From NCBI GenBank assembly GCA_964016885.1, contig OZ024744.1:109182001-109246000 (forward strand): 64,000 nt of DNA, in the 5' to 3' direction. The notes beneath the pieces are model-generated. The model saw nothing but the letters and a program-made list of their open reading frames with translations. It made no database searches and was not told where the DNA came from. Both the position numbers and the translations under genes were made by a program. Shown here in pieces: positions 12,163-24,010 of this stretch. How positions within the stretch are numbered: the stretch's first letter is position 1; every line of letters starts with the position of its first letter. This DNA is from Eledone cirrhosa. Its lineage: Eukaryota.

Positions 12163-12515
12163 TTAATTGATCACAAGAACATCTATTTTATTAATATTTG
12201 TATTTTAATATATTTATATATGTATATATATATATATGCAAATTTGTTTATAATATAGCAGCAATTGAAAATTTGAGATTTGAATTAGTGTTTTTGGTAT
12301 ATTTTGACTTCAAAAAACAGTTTCATATCAGGGCATATATGCCTCTATAATGCGTAAAAATGCTAATTTCTATCCATTATAGGGGCATATATGCCCAATA
12401 TTAGACTATTTTCTGTATTCAAAATATAGCAAATGCTCTAATTTCATTTTCAAATATATATGTGAGTGTATGTGTAAAGAGATGAGCAGAGAGAGGAAGT
12501 GAGTAAAAAAAACAT

Positions 12516-13282
12516 TTTTAGTGGGATATACTACCTATGTTTTAGTGGGATATACTACCTATGTTTTAGTGGGATATACTACCTATGTTTTAGTGGGATA
12601 AATTACCTATGTTTTAGTGGGATATACTACCTATGTTTTAGTGGGATATATTACCTATGTTTTAGTGGGATATATTACCTATGTTTTAGTGGGATATACT
12701 ACCTATGTTTTAGTGGGATAAATTACCTATGTTTTAGTGGGATATACTACCTATGTTTTAGTGGGATATACTACCTATGTTTTAGTGGGATATACTACCT
12801 ATGTTTTAGTGGGATATACTACCTATGTTTTAGTGGGATATATTACCTATGTTTTAGTGGGATATACTACCTATGTTTTAGTGGGATATACTACCTATGT
12901 TTTAGTGGGATATACTACCTATGTTTTAGTGGGATATACTACCTATGTTTTAGTGGGATATACTACCTATGTTTTAGTGGGATATACTACCTATGTTTTA
13001 GTGGGATATATTACCTATGTTTTAGTGGGATATACTACCTATGTTTTAGTGGGATATACTACCTATGTTTTAGTGGGATATACTACCTATGTTTTAGTGG
13101 GATATACTACCTATGTTTTAGTGGGATATACTACCTATGTTTTAGTGGGATATACTACCTATGTTTTAGTGGGATATATTACCTATGTTTTAGTGGGATA
13201 TACTACCTATGTTTTAGTGGGATATACTACCTATGTTTTAGTGGGATATACTACCTATGTTTTAATGAGCTATGTTACCTAT
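12516..13282. repeat. 24-bp minisatellite, about 31 copies, highly homogeneous
   Basis: Unit TTTTAGTGGGATATACTACCTATG. Explains the ORFs (CFSGIYYL)n and (VLVGYTTY)n. Confidence 0.97.
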
Positions 13283-13316
13283 ATTTTAAATTCATATTTC
13301 ATTTCCTTTTTTCCAG

Positions 13317-13436
13317 GTGTTCGGTTAGATCGTGTTCGAGGTGGTCGGCAGAAATACAAACGGAGTCCTGACTCCCAACCTGGTGCACAATACCCCATCC
13401 ATCCTCAGACAGTTGTTAAAAAACCTAGCATTGAAC
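13317..13436 (+). CDS. ERR: Estrogen-related receptor (NR3B) exon: T-box/C-terminal extension of the DBD and hinge
   Basis: Pyrimidine tract plus ttccAG acceptor (13315-16) and GTAAGT donor at 13437. Translates (G)VRLDRVRGGRQKYKRSPDSQPGAQYPIHPQTVVKKPSIE. GVRLDRVRGGRQKYKR is the ERR T-box signature. Phase 1-1, 120 nt. Confidence 0.95.
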
Positions 13437-13587
13437 GTAAGTAATTTGTTAATTATAGTATGGTCTTATTGTGAGCCCATTGTGGTGTTACTCACTCTAA
13501 CACTGTAGTACCAATGTAGTATTACATTAGACGTGGTACTACAGTGGTTCTACAGTGGTACTACAGTGGTTCTACAGTGGTACTACT

Positions 13588-13762
13588 AGACCCAGGTGTA
13601 GATTCCGAGCAAGATGGTTGGATACCATCCATGAGCTTGGTTGGTCACACTTGGGGATCCAGCCGGATCAGTTGGAGATGGTTGCTTCTGAGAGAAGCCA
13701 CTGGAAGAAGTGTTTGAGGACTCTACCTCTCAGAAATAAGTGGGCAAAAAAGAAGATGAATA
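13588..13762 (+). mobile_element. RTE (Expander-like) LINE 3' end
   Basis: RPRCRFRARWLDTIHELGWSHLGIQPDQLEMVASERSHWKKCLRTLP resembles the Expander/RTE C-terminus. Confidence 0.65.
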
Positions 13763-13839
13763 ACTATACTTACTGTGTCTGTACCTTGTCTAGAGATCTG
13801 AGCCATATATAGATACAGACACTGTAACTGGTGCTTCTT

Positions 13840-15240
13840 ATGCCAACAACATCCTGATTTGCATTGACACACTGCCTTGCAATGTGGAACACCGCACGCT
13901 TCTGATCTTCCTGTTGCAGAACATTGGCAAACCTCCTACTCTCAGCCTCCCTGCGTGCTAAGTACACCTGACGTCTAGCTTCTCTCTTAGCGGCTGTATA
14001 TTCTTCCCTACTCCCACCCTTTTTCCAAGCCTTCCATGCTAGTCTTTTGTCTCTAGTGGCCTTATCTACTGTGCTGTTCCATCACCAGGTCACTCTCTGT
14101 CTGGTTGGAGCTCTGCTCCAGCCACAAGTTTCATCAGTAGCCTGCAGTAAGTTGTCACGTAAGAAATTCCAGTTATTATCTATGTCATACGTCTCTAAAG
14201 CCTCTTCTTTTTCGTCATACACATCTTGAAGGGCTTTCCTAAATTTGTATTTTAGTGAAAGGTCTTTTAGCTTCCAGACCTTTTTTCTCCACACCTTCCA
14301 TCTCTTGTTTACTGAGATATCACTAACGACTAACCTATGCTGTGGGGTACATTCTTCCCCAGAGTATGCCTTGGTATTAGACACTATCTGCCTGTCTCGC
14401 TGCCTAACTAGTAAGAAGTCAATCTGGCTTATGTGCTCGCCAGATTTGTAGGTTATTAGGTGATTGGCAGGTTTCTGGAAGTTTGTGTTGCAAATAGTCA
14501 GTGTACTTGCATCACAAAATTCAAGAAGTCTCACTCCTTCTTCATTTCTTGAGCCGTAACCGTGCCCACCATGTACCCCAGTGTAACCATCCTGGAGCTG
14601 TCCAACATGACCATTGAAGTCCCCTGCTAGCATAACGATGTCTCCGTCCTCTGTCATTGCGGTTGTTTGTAAAAGTTGCTCGTAAAAGCAGTCTTTCTCT
14701 TCTTTACCTAGGCCTGCTTGGGGAGCATAGGCAGAGATGATTGTCAATAGTCTCCTGCCTACAACTAATCTAAGCTTAATTATTCGATTACTAACTCGAA
14801 CTACCTCTATTGTCTTATTGTTCCATCTCTCAGCCAGGAAAATGCCTACTCCCCCTAACCTATCATCCTTACCTACCCAGAATAGCTTATAGCTAAGATG
14901 TTTGCCTACGACTAGTCTCGCAGAGGCACCTCTCCATCTCACCTCTTGCACGCAGCACACATCCACCTGCCTTCTCTCCAGCATCTCTGCTATTTCAGCA
15001 GATCTACCTCTGAGAGTGCCAACATTAAGTGTTGCAACTCTGAGATTCGACGTCTTCATATTTTGTTGTTGTTCCTATCTATTTATTGCTGTGCTGCTAA
15101 GCGTTTTGGCATTGATACACTGGTTGGATGCCCTTCCTAACCCCAGCGCCACTTTACAGCATGGACTGGGTGCTTTTATTTGTGGCACCAGCACTAGAGA
15201 GGATGTCTTACTAGACTCAAGGGCCCTCTCCACCCCTCCA
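13840..15240 (-). mobile_element. RTE-clade LINE 5' portion: 5' UTR plus an intact APE endonuclease domain
   Basis: ORF 15059-14082: LRVATLNVGTL, CCVQEVRW, IISAYAPQ, LAGDFNGHVG, ICNTNFQK, SQIDFLL, QHRLVV. Continues after a frameshift in ORF 13967-13770. Confidence 0.93.
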
Positions 15241-15499
15241 TTTTACTGCATGGTCATAAAAAAAAATAAAATTATTGACACGACACGCACACACACACAC
15301 TCACACACCAACACTCATGCATACAAATTACAAACACACACCAACACTCATGCATACAAACACACACACCACAGACACACATATATATATATATATATTA
15401 CCGGCAGTACTGATACAAAATCAAAATCATGTCAACTGTTGACTTTTCCCAGTCCACTTCAGTTTTTATATAATAATAATAATAATTGTTTGCTCTACG

Positions 15500-15990
15500 C
15501 TGGTGATGGTCGTGGTGGTGGTGGTGAATGGTGGTGGTGGTGGTGGTGGTGAAGGTGGTGGATGGTGTCAGTGATGGTGGTGATGGCAGTGGTGGTGGAT
15601 GGTGCCAGTGATGGCGGCGGTGATGGTGGTGATGGCGGTGGTGGCAGTGGTGGTGGATGGTGCCGGTGGTGGTGGATGGTGCCAGTAATGGTGGTGGTGG
15701 TGGTTGTGGTGATGATGAAGGTGGTGGATGGTGGATGGTGTCAGTGATGGTGGTGGTGGTGGATGGTGTTAGTGATGGTGGTGATGGCGGTGGTGGTGGA
15801 TGGTGCCAGTAATGGTGGTGGCGGTGGTTGTGGTGGTGATGAAGGTGGTGGATGGTGTCAGTATGGTGATGGTGGTGGATGGTCAGTGATGGTGGTGGCA
15901 GTTGTTGTTGCTGTTATTGTTGCTGTTGTTGTTGTTCTTCTTCATTTCACTGATGCTGCTGCTGCAGACAATGGTGCTGTTGCTGTTATT
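15500..15990. repeat. (GGT/GAT)-rich compound microsatellite
   Basis: Runs of GGT, GATGGT and GTT. Confidence 0.9.
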
Positions 15991-16221
15991 GTATATATAT
16001 ATATATATATATATATCATCATTTAACATCAATATTTCCTGCTAGCAAAGGTTGGACAGGTGGTAACAATTTTATATTGAGGTTTAATATATGTCAAAAG
16101 ACATTGGGCAAATTCTTGGCATATTCTGTTGTTGTTTATCTTCTATTTAATGTTAGAAGAAAAACAAAATGGTAGAAAAAAATGAAAGAACACTTGAAAT
16201 TATTATAAGAAAAGTTCCCCA

Positions 16222-18230
16222 TAAAAACCCCTTTAAAATAGTGAAGCGAGAGAAAACCTCGTTAAAATAGTGAAGAGAGAGAAAACCCCTTTAAAATAGT
16301 GAAGAGAGAGAAAACCTCGTTAAAATAGTGAAGAGAGAGAAAACCTCTTTAAAATACTGAAGAGAGAGAAAACCCCTTTAAAATAGTGAAGAGAGAGAAA
16401 ACCCCTTTAAAATAGTGAAGTGAGAGAAAACCTCGTTAAAATAGTGAAGAGAGAGAAACCTCTTTAAAATAGTGAAGAGAGAAAAAACCCCTTTAAAATA
16501 GGGAAGAGAGAGAAAACCCCCTTTAAAATAGTGAAGAGAGAGAAAATCCCTTTAAAATACTGAAGAGAGAGAAAACCCCGTTAAAATACAGAAGCGAGAG
16601 AAAACCCCTTTAAAATAGTGAAGAGAGCGAAAACCTCGTTAAAATACTGAAGAGAGAAAAAAACCCTTTAAAATAGGGAAGAGAGAGAAAACCTCGTTAA
16701 AATAGTGAAGAGAGAGAAAACCCCTTTAAAATAGGGAAGAGAGAGAAAACCCCTTTAAAATAGGGAAGAGAGAGAAAACCCCTTTAAAATAGGGAAGAGA
16801 GAGAAAACCCCTTTAAAATAGGGAAGAGAGAGAAAACCTTGTTAAAATAGTGAAGAGAGAGAAAATCCATTTAAAATAGGGAAGAGAGAGAAAACCCCTT
16901 TAAAATAGTGAAGAGAGAGAAAATCCCTTTAAAATACTGAAGAGAGAGAAAACTCCGTTAAAATACAGAAGCGAGAGAAAACCCCTTTAAAATAGTGAAG
17001 AGAGCGAAAACCTCGTTAAAATACTGAAGAGAGAAAAAAACCCTTTAAAATAGGGAAGAGAGAGAAAACCTCGTTAAAATAGTGAAGAGAGAGAAAATCC
17101 CTTTAAAATACTGAAGAGAGAGAAAACCCCTTTAAAATAGGGAAGAGAGAGAAAACCCCTTTAAAATAGGGAAGAGAGAGAAAACCCCTTTAAAATAGGG
17201 AAGAGAGAGAAAACCTTGTTAAAATAGTGAAGAGAGAGAAAATCCATTTAAAATAGGGAAGAGAGAGAAAACCCCTTTAAAATAGTGAAGAGAGAGAAAA
17301 TCCCTTTAAAATACTGAAGATAGAAAAAACCTCTTTAAAATAGTGAAGAGAGAGAAAACCCCTTTAAAATAGTGAAGAGAGAGAAAATCCCTTTAAAATA
17401 CTGAAGAGAGAGAAAACCCCTTTAAAATAGGGAAGAGAGAGAAAACCCTGTTAAAATAGTGAAGAGAGAGAAAATCCCTTTAAAATAGTGAAGAGAGAGA
17501 AAACCCCTTTAAAATAGTGAAGAGAGAGAAACCCCTTTAAAATAGGGAAGAGAGAGAAAACCTCGTTAAAATAGTGGAGAGAAAACCCCTTTAAAATAGG
17601 GAAGAGAGAGAAAATCCCTTTAAAATAGTGAAGAGAGAGAAAACCTCGTTAAAATAGTGAAGAGAGAGAAAACCCTGTTAAAATAGTGAAGAGAGAGAAA
17701 ACCCTGTTAAAATAGTGAAGAGAGAGAAAACCTGTTAAAATAGTGAAGAGAGAGAAAACCCTGTTAAAATAGTGAAGAGAGAGAAAACCCTGTTAAAATA
17801 GTGAAGAGAGAGAAAACCCTGTTAAAATAGTGAAGAGAGAGAAAACCCCTTTAAAATAGTGAAGAGAGAGAAAACCCTGTTAAAATAGTGAAGAGAGAGA
17901 AAACCCTGTTAAAATAGTGAAGAGAGAGAAAACCCTGTTAAAATAGTGAAGAGAGAGAAAACCCTGTTAAAATAGTGAAGAGAGAGAAAACCCCTTTAAA
18001 ATAGTGAAGAGAGAGAAAACCCTGTTAAAATAGTGAAGAGAGAGAAAACCCTGTTAAAATAGTGAAGAGAGAGAAAACCCTGTTAAAATAGTGAAGAGAG
18101 AGAAAACCCCTTTAAAATAGGGAAGAGAGAGAAAACCCTGTTAAAATAGTGAAGAGAGAGAAAACCCCTTTAAAATACTGAAGAGAGAGAAAACCCCTTT
18201 AAAATACTGAAGAGAGAGAAAACCCCTTTA
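16222..18230. repeat. 29-bp minisatellite, about 68 copies, with strongly purine-biased strand
   Basis: Unit GAAAACCCCTTTAAAATAGTGAAGAGAGA and variants. Confidence 0.97.
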
Positions 18231-18368
18231 TAACTAATGTTGTTACTATTGTTGTTGCAGTAGTAGTAGTGGTGATGGTGGTGGCAGTAGCAGTACCAAT
18301 GCTGCTACTGCTACTACTACCCATTCTAACTATATCATCATCATCACACCACAACAATCAACATTATT

Positions 18369-18560
18369 GTGGATTGGCAGTATCGGTAGAGGGTCGGACA
18401 CCATGCTTTGACGCATAGAGTTATGGCCCTTGCCATTCTGAGTTCAAATCCCGCCGAGGTTAACTTTGCCTTTCATCCTTACGGGGGTCGATAAAATAAA
18501 GTACCAGTAATGCACTGAGGTAATTGCTGGCCTTGTGCCAAAAGTAGAAACAGTTATTAT
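18369..18560 (+). mobile_element. SINE family B (tRNA-like head, Meta-like central domain)
   Basis: TGGCAGTATCGGTAGAG A-box, GAGTTCAAATCCCGCC B-box, GCCTTTCATCCTTACGGGGTCGATAAAATAAAGTACCAG body, CCAAAAGTAGAAAC(AATTAT) tail. Confidence 0.88.
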
Positions 18561-19063
18561 TGCCCAGTATATATGCTAACAATGATAACTCTCTATAACA
18601 ACTGTAAAATATTGCTACACATGTGTGCAAGTGTGTGGACAACATGTTAGCAAAATATGTTTGAGGTTAACACTCAACATAGAATGTAGAGTTAAGTAGA
18701 GTTCCACTGCCTGAATATGGTGCGTGGGGCAACAATAAACAACTCCAATCAGCCAAGACTATCCTCACAATTACAAAACTGAAGGAAAGCAAGAGAGATC
18801 ATTTTTATAGCCAATACAAAAACAATGTATCCTTTATCTATAACTGATCCTGTTCAGTCATGCAAAACTGCCAAAGTAAATATGCTTTGCTGAGGAGATC
18901 TAATAAGATTGAAACATGTCTGTTGCTTCCACCAAACTATTTTTTTTTAAATACAAAGTCCATTCTCACTGCATTGTCTTACAAACCTTAAATCAATCAA
19001 GGCTATTTAGACTTGTCTCCCCACTTGTCATATTCAGACAGCAAGACTTTATTTGTATGTATG

Positions 19064-19117
<54 letters not shown>

Positions 19118-19320
19118 CTGTGTAATATATAGTATTGACGAATGTGAGGATGAGTACTGAATACCATAGTATAGATTAATAGTTTATTAAGTGCAGTAGT
19201 TGAACAACTGTCAAAGCTCAGCACGTGTGTTGTTTTATTCAAACAACAATACATTACATAAATACCCACTGTTCATGTTTTTGTGAAACTTTAACTAACA
19301 TTATATAAAAATGATATTTA

Positions 19321-19505
19321 GGGCGGTGGATTGGCAGTATCGGTAGAGGGTCGGACGCCATGCTTTCCAGCATAGTTACGTCCCTTTACGATCTGAGTTC
19401 AAATCCCGCCGAGGTTAACTTTGCCTTTCATCCTTACAGGGTTGATAAAATAAAGTACCAGTAATGTACTGGGTAATTGCTGGCCTTGTGCCAAAAGTAG
19501 AAACA
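19321..19505 (+). mobile_element. SINE family B, full length, with a target-site duplication
   Basis: ATTATATAAAAATGATA is present on both sides. Confidence 0.9.
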
Positions 19506-19632
19506 ATTATATAAAAATGATACATATATAATACTCTTTCTGTATTGATTTTATTTTGGTGGGATTGGGATCTTTTTATCTACTTTCTCTTTACATCTAT
19601 ATTAATCTCTTTCCTCAAATTTCTTTATCCAG

Positions 19633-19806
19633 GCTCGGACAACAAAATCATGGAATCACTCCTCGCAATAGAAGCACAGCTGGATAAACTCTATGCAACC
19701 CCAGACCCAGAAGTCCCTGAGAATGAAGTGAAGTTTATGTCCATTGTATCAGATCTAGCTGACAGAGAATTAGTTGTTACAATTAGCTGGGCAAAACAAG
19801 TACCTG
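19633..19806 (+). CDS. ERR: ERR exon: LBD helices 1-3
   Basis: atccAG acceptor and GTAAGT donor at 19807. (R)SDNKIMESLLAIEAQLDKLYATPDPEVPENEVKFMSIVSDLADRELVVTISWAKQVP matches the NR3 helix-3 motif DLADRELV..I.WAK..PG. Splices in frame with both neighbours. Confidence 0.95.
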
Positions 19807-20036
19807 GTAAGTGCATTTCTCTCAATAATTATTTTATATGAAAACACCAGCATTTTCTTAACACTGTTTGAACTGAGAACAATAAAGAACTGAAAAATAC
19901 TGTAAAGAATCTCTTGCAATGATCTAACAATTCCATCAATTCCTCCCCTGACTGGTACTTTATATTATTGACCCTGGAAGGATGAGAAGCAAAGTTGACC
20001 TTGGTGGGATTTGAACTCTGAACACAAAGGGTCAGT

Positions 20037-20077
<41 letters not shown>

Positions 20078-20929
20078 GAGAGAGAGATATGAAAAACTTC
20101 AGGACCCCGATGGCTGATTTGAACTGAAGCACCGGTATTCGGGCGGCGGGAATCTAGCTGGTCTCCTCAGGGGGTATAGTCCATATATGGGTAGACAGTC
20201 TGTGCATAAATAATCTTTAAAGTTCTCTTTTTTTTTGGGGGGGGGGGGGGGGGGGTTTAAATTTATTCAAATGCACGTCTTCGTAAAGATAGCTGTTTTA
20301 GTCCTGCTTTATCCCTATAAATGTCTTAAATTATCTTCATTTGTTACACTAATGCCGGAAAGACAGGGAAAAAGCTAGATAGAATGAAACCTTGGGGGAA
20401 GTGGGTAACTAGACCTATTGTCCTGAAGATGTTAAGTTTGCTAGTGAAGTTTGCATTTATAATCTGTAAAATTGACATTGTACTTAGCTACATTAGGTTC
20501 AAAAACATAAAAACAACGAGAGAAATTTTAATATCAACGTATCTAAATCAAAGGAAATATCATAGTATATTCATATGTTTATTTGCTTTTATTTACGATT
20601 TGCTAAATGGCTAAGAATTTATAATTTATTGCTGTATCCCATCATCGTAGACATTTCTAGTTATCAATTGTTTTCTCTTTATATATATTATATATAGTTC
20701 ATGGAAAAGAAGAAAGCAAGTTCGATGTATCGGGCTTTACCCCTACTTCAGAAGTACAATAAGTAGAGACAGGATCACAAAGGATAAGCCAACAATTACT
20801 CCAGTGTATTACTGGTACTTTATTTCATCGATCCCGTAAAGATGAAAGTCAAAGTTAACTTCGATGGGATTGAGAATAAACAAGACAAAACATTAGGTAG
20901 TCTTGGTAACGTAAATTGGGATGCTATAT

Positions 20930-21230
20930 GAAGGCGCATGGCTTAGTGGTTAGAACATTGGCCTTGAATTATTAATGTTGTGAATTTGATTCCCAGACTG
21001 GGTGATGCGTTATGTCCTTGAGCAAGACATTTTATTTCATGTTGCTCAGCTGTAGAAATAAGTTTCGACATCACTGGTGCCAAGCTGAATCAACCATTGG
21101 ACAACATCAGTGGCATGGAGAGGGAAGACTGGTATGCAGCATGGGTGACTGCTGTTCTTCCACAAACAATCTTGCACTGACTTGTAGGGGGAACTTGTTA
21201 GGTGCAAATCCCATGGTCTCTGAAGTTGTT
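20930..21230 (+). mobile_element. Older SINE sharing the family A head with a different 3' body
   Basis: GGCGCATGGCTTAGTGGTTAG...CCTTGAGCAAGACATTTTATTTCA, then diverges. Confidence 0.65.
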
Positions 21231-21647
21231 TGACTTGTTCATGTTACATAAAACATGTCACGATTAAATTACATTTATAATGATTTATATATATTTAATT
21301 TTTATAGTTTATAGCTTTAGTATGTGTAAGCATTGCCTACTTTGTTTAACACATCGTTCGGTGGCTCGAAAACTGATATGATTAGTTATAGTGGAACTGT
21401 GTCAATGATCAGGTCACAAACAGTGCAGCGAAAATTTTGAAAATAGGAAATAAATGATAAATATAAAGTAGAGTCAAATGTTTTGGTGAGTTTTTAAATG
21501 GCCGTCTTCTAACGTCGTACGTATAGTTTCGATAATGTTGTCTCCCCTGATTGTAATTGCTATACTGTTACAAGAGTTATCTCCTCTGATACTCTGTGAA
21601 CTGACGGAGCAATATCATAATAAACTACACTGCTACTGCTGCTGCTG

Positions 21648-21718
<71 letters not shown>

Positions 21719-22781
21719 TCACCGTGATAAATGAAAAGGAATTCTCAATAAACAAGGGAAAATAAAAACAAATAGAAGAAAAGAATTTAGCTAAACGTAT
21801 CAACAAGCGGAATTGTAAAAAGATAATTAAATATTACTAATAATCCATCCATAGATCCTTAAATCCTTATGAAGAGGTAGGGACGCTGTGGTGACATACG
21901 ACATTTAAGACCTTACAGAGCCCATTACTCTCGAAGTCAGAACACAAATGATTTCTTTCGAAGAAAGAAAGAGAGGGAGAGAGAAAAGGATAAAGGGAGA
22001 TAGAAGAACCAACCCCAGTATTGGACTGGTACTTTATTTATCGACCTCAAAATGATGAAACGTAAAGTTGACCTCCATTTTCAGAAAGCTGATATAAATA
22101 CTGTAAAGCATTGCCACTTTACGGATTACAGTGGAGTTAAATAATAAATAAATATTCTAAGACTACCATTTGTGTAGCCTTGCAGGGTGGCTTTTGGTGT
22201 GGTACACACTGTTGCAAAGTATTCTTTGGTTTGGAGATAACTTCCTCCCTCACATCTCTTCCCACCAATCTGAGGGTTTCTGAATAGGGTTATGAATACT
22301 GTCTCTTCCCCCTCGCCTCACTAAACAGTAAAAAAAACAAAGAAGAACATGGATGAACACTTAGTTAAACACACTTGGACAACCAGTCACACACAATATT
22401 CACACACTTTGACAAATTTATGTGCCTTTTATATCTCATTCAATAGTAATTATTAAGAGATCATAACATGGGGAGATAAATCTCCGTTTTCCTGGTTTGT
22501 TTAAAAGATACATACTCCCAGGTTTTGAATAATTCTTCCCGCTTATTAAGTTTTGCTAATCTATCTCCGGCGAAATTTTATTATAAGTGATTCATATTGA
22601 TACAGCAGCTAGAGAATCTAATAATAATTTTATTTTACATTAAAAAAACATCATATATAACAAAAAAAAAAAAGGTCTTTACAAGAAATCTCATATGTTA
22701 GAAAATAAATTGATATAAACTAAATAACTAATTCTGATTTTTAAAAAAATCATGGGAGACAACCTAGAAAGTTTTAATTAA

Positions 22782-23150
22782 ATAATTGTTTCTACTTTTG
22801 GCACAAGGCCAGCAAATACCCAGTACATTACTGGTACTTTATTTTATCGACCCCGTAAGGATGAAATCAAAGTTAACCTCGGCGGAATTTGAACTCAGAT
22901 CGTAAAGGGCCATAACTCTATGTTGCAAAGCATGTTGTCCGACCCTCTACCAATACTGCCAAAATTAAATAATGATTTCTCATTTAGGCACACGGCCAAC
23001 AATTTGTGAGGAGCAATTAAATCGCCCCAGTGCATTACTGGTGCTTTATTTCATCTACTCCGTAAGGATGAAAGGCAAAGCTAACCTCGGCGGGATTTGA
23101 ACTCAGGACGTAAAGGGCTGTAACTCTATACTGGAAAGCGCGTCCGATGC
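22782..23150 (-). mobile_element. Two tandem SINE family B copies
   Basis: Reverse complement of the family B sequence at about 22782-22962 and 22972-23150. Confidence 0.85.
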
Positions 23151-23687
23151 TAGCAATTTAAAGGGAAGGGGAAAGTCAATTAAATTACCGATTTTCCTCC
23201 CACCTACCCTGCGCTTATAAGAATTTAAGCAAATGTCCAAACCCCCCGCTAAGCCCCCGTCCCTCTATTGTTTGAGACCAAGAGTACTTGCCTACGTGTA
23301 CACACGTGTGTATTTCCTCTTTACACCATGTGCGTTGTTTTAGTTATCTAGTATATATTTAGAAGTGAAGATTATATTGATCGGGCATCTGCGGAACAGC
23401 TGCTACAACTACAATAGGAGTTCTTCACTTTATAGCGAAACCTGGTCTAATGTGAACATGTCTGGATGTTATAGTTATAATGGCTGCTTTCTACACTTTG
23501 ATTTAGTCTTTTAATTAATCTGTATTCACCATTCCATCCATAATTAATATGTTCGTCACCCTGGTGGTTTTATATCCCCTATTATTGAACACATATATTT
23601 ATATGTATTTCTCTCTATACTGATTTATAAGGAACTCGGAATCTGTTCGTTGAGCTTATTACTGTGAGTTTTTAATTTGATATATAT

Positions 23688-24010
23688 GGAGGCACATGGC
23701 TTAGTGGTTAGAGCATTGGCCTTGCAATCAAAAGGTTGTGAGTTCAATTCTCAGACCGGGTGATGTGTTGTTTCCTTGAGCAAGATACTTTATTTCACAT
23801 TGCTCCAGTTTACTCAGCTGTAGAAATGAGATGATAGGGACTGGGGTCCTTATCATTCCACTGCAAAGTGGTCGTGGAGGTGCCACGGCAAAAAAGCACC
23901 CAGCACTCACTGTAAATGAGGTTGGTGTTAGGAAGGGCATCCAGCTGTAGAAATCAAGCCAGAATCAGTTCCCGTATGAGCAAGCAGGGAAAAGTGGATG
24001 TAAAATGATA
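23688..24010 (+). mobile_element. SINE family A, full length
   Basis: Near-identical to 7936-8282 and 44307-44650. Confidence 0.9.

Noticed and set aside
12516-13282. ORFs of 290 and 235 aa, and CRISPR-like periodicity
   Set aside because: Pure 24-bp tandem repeat without spacers. Only the last ~40 codons of ORF 12737-13444 are the real ERR exon.
1-13316. ERR zinc-finger (DBD) exons
   Set aside because: No C-x2-C/CEACKAFF or CQACR-type coding stretch found by eye or in the ORF track. They are probably upstream of the window.
13770-15059. Active or domesticated RTE element made by joining this EN ORF with the RT at 5741-7192
   Set aside because: Separated by more than 6 kb including an ERR exon, and both parts carry frameshifts. 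They are independent decayed insertions.
15500-15960. Gly/Val-rich protein
   Set aside because: GGT microsatellite with no splice or domain evidence.
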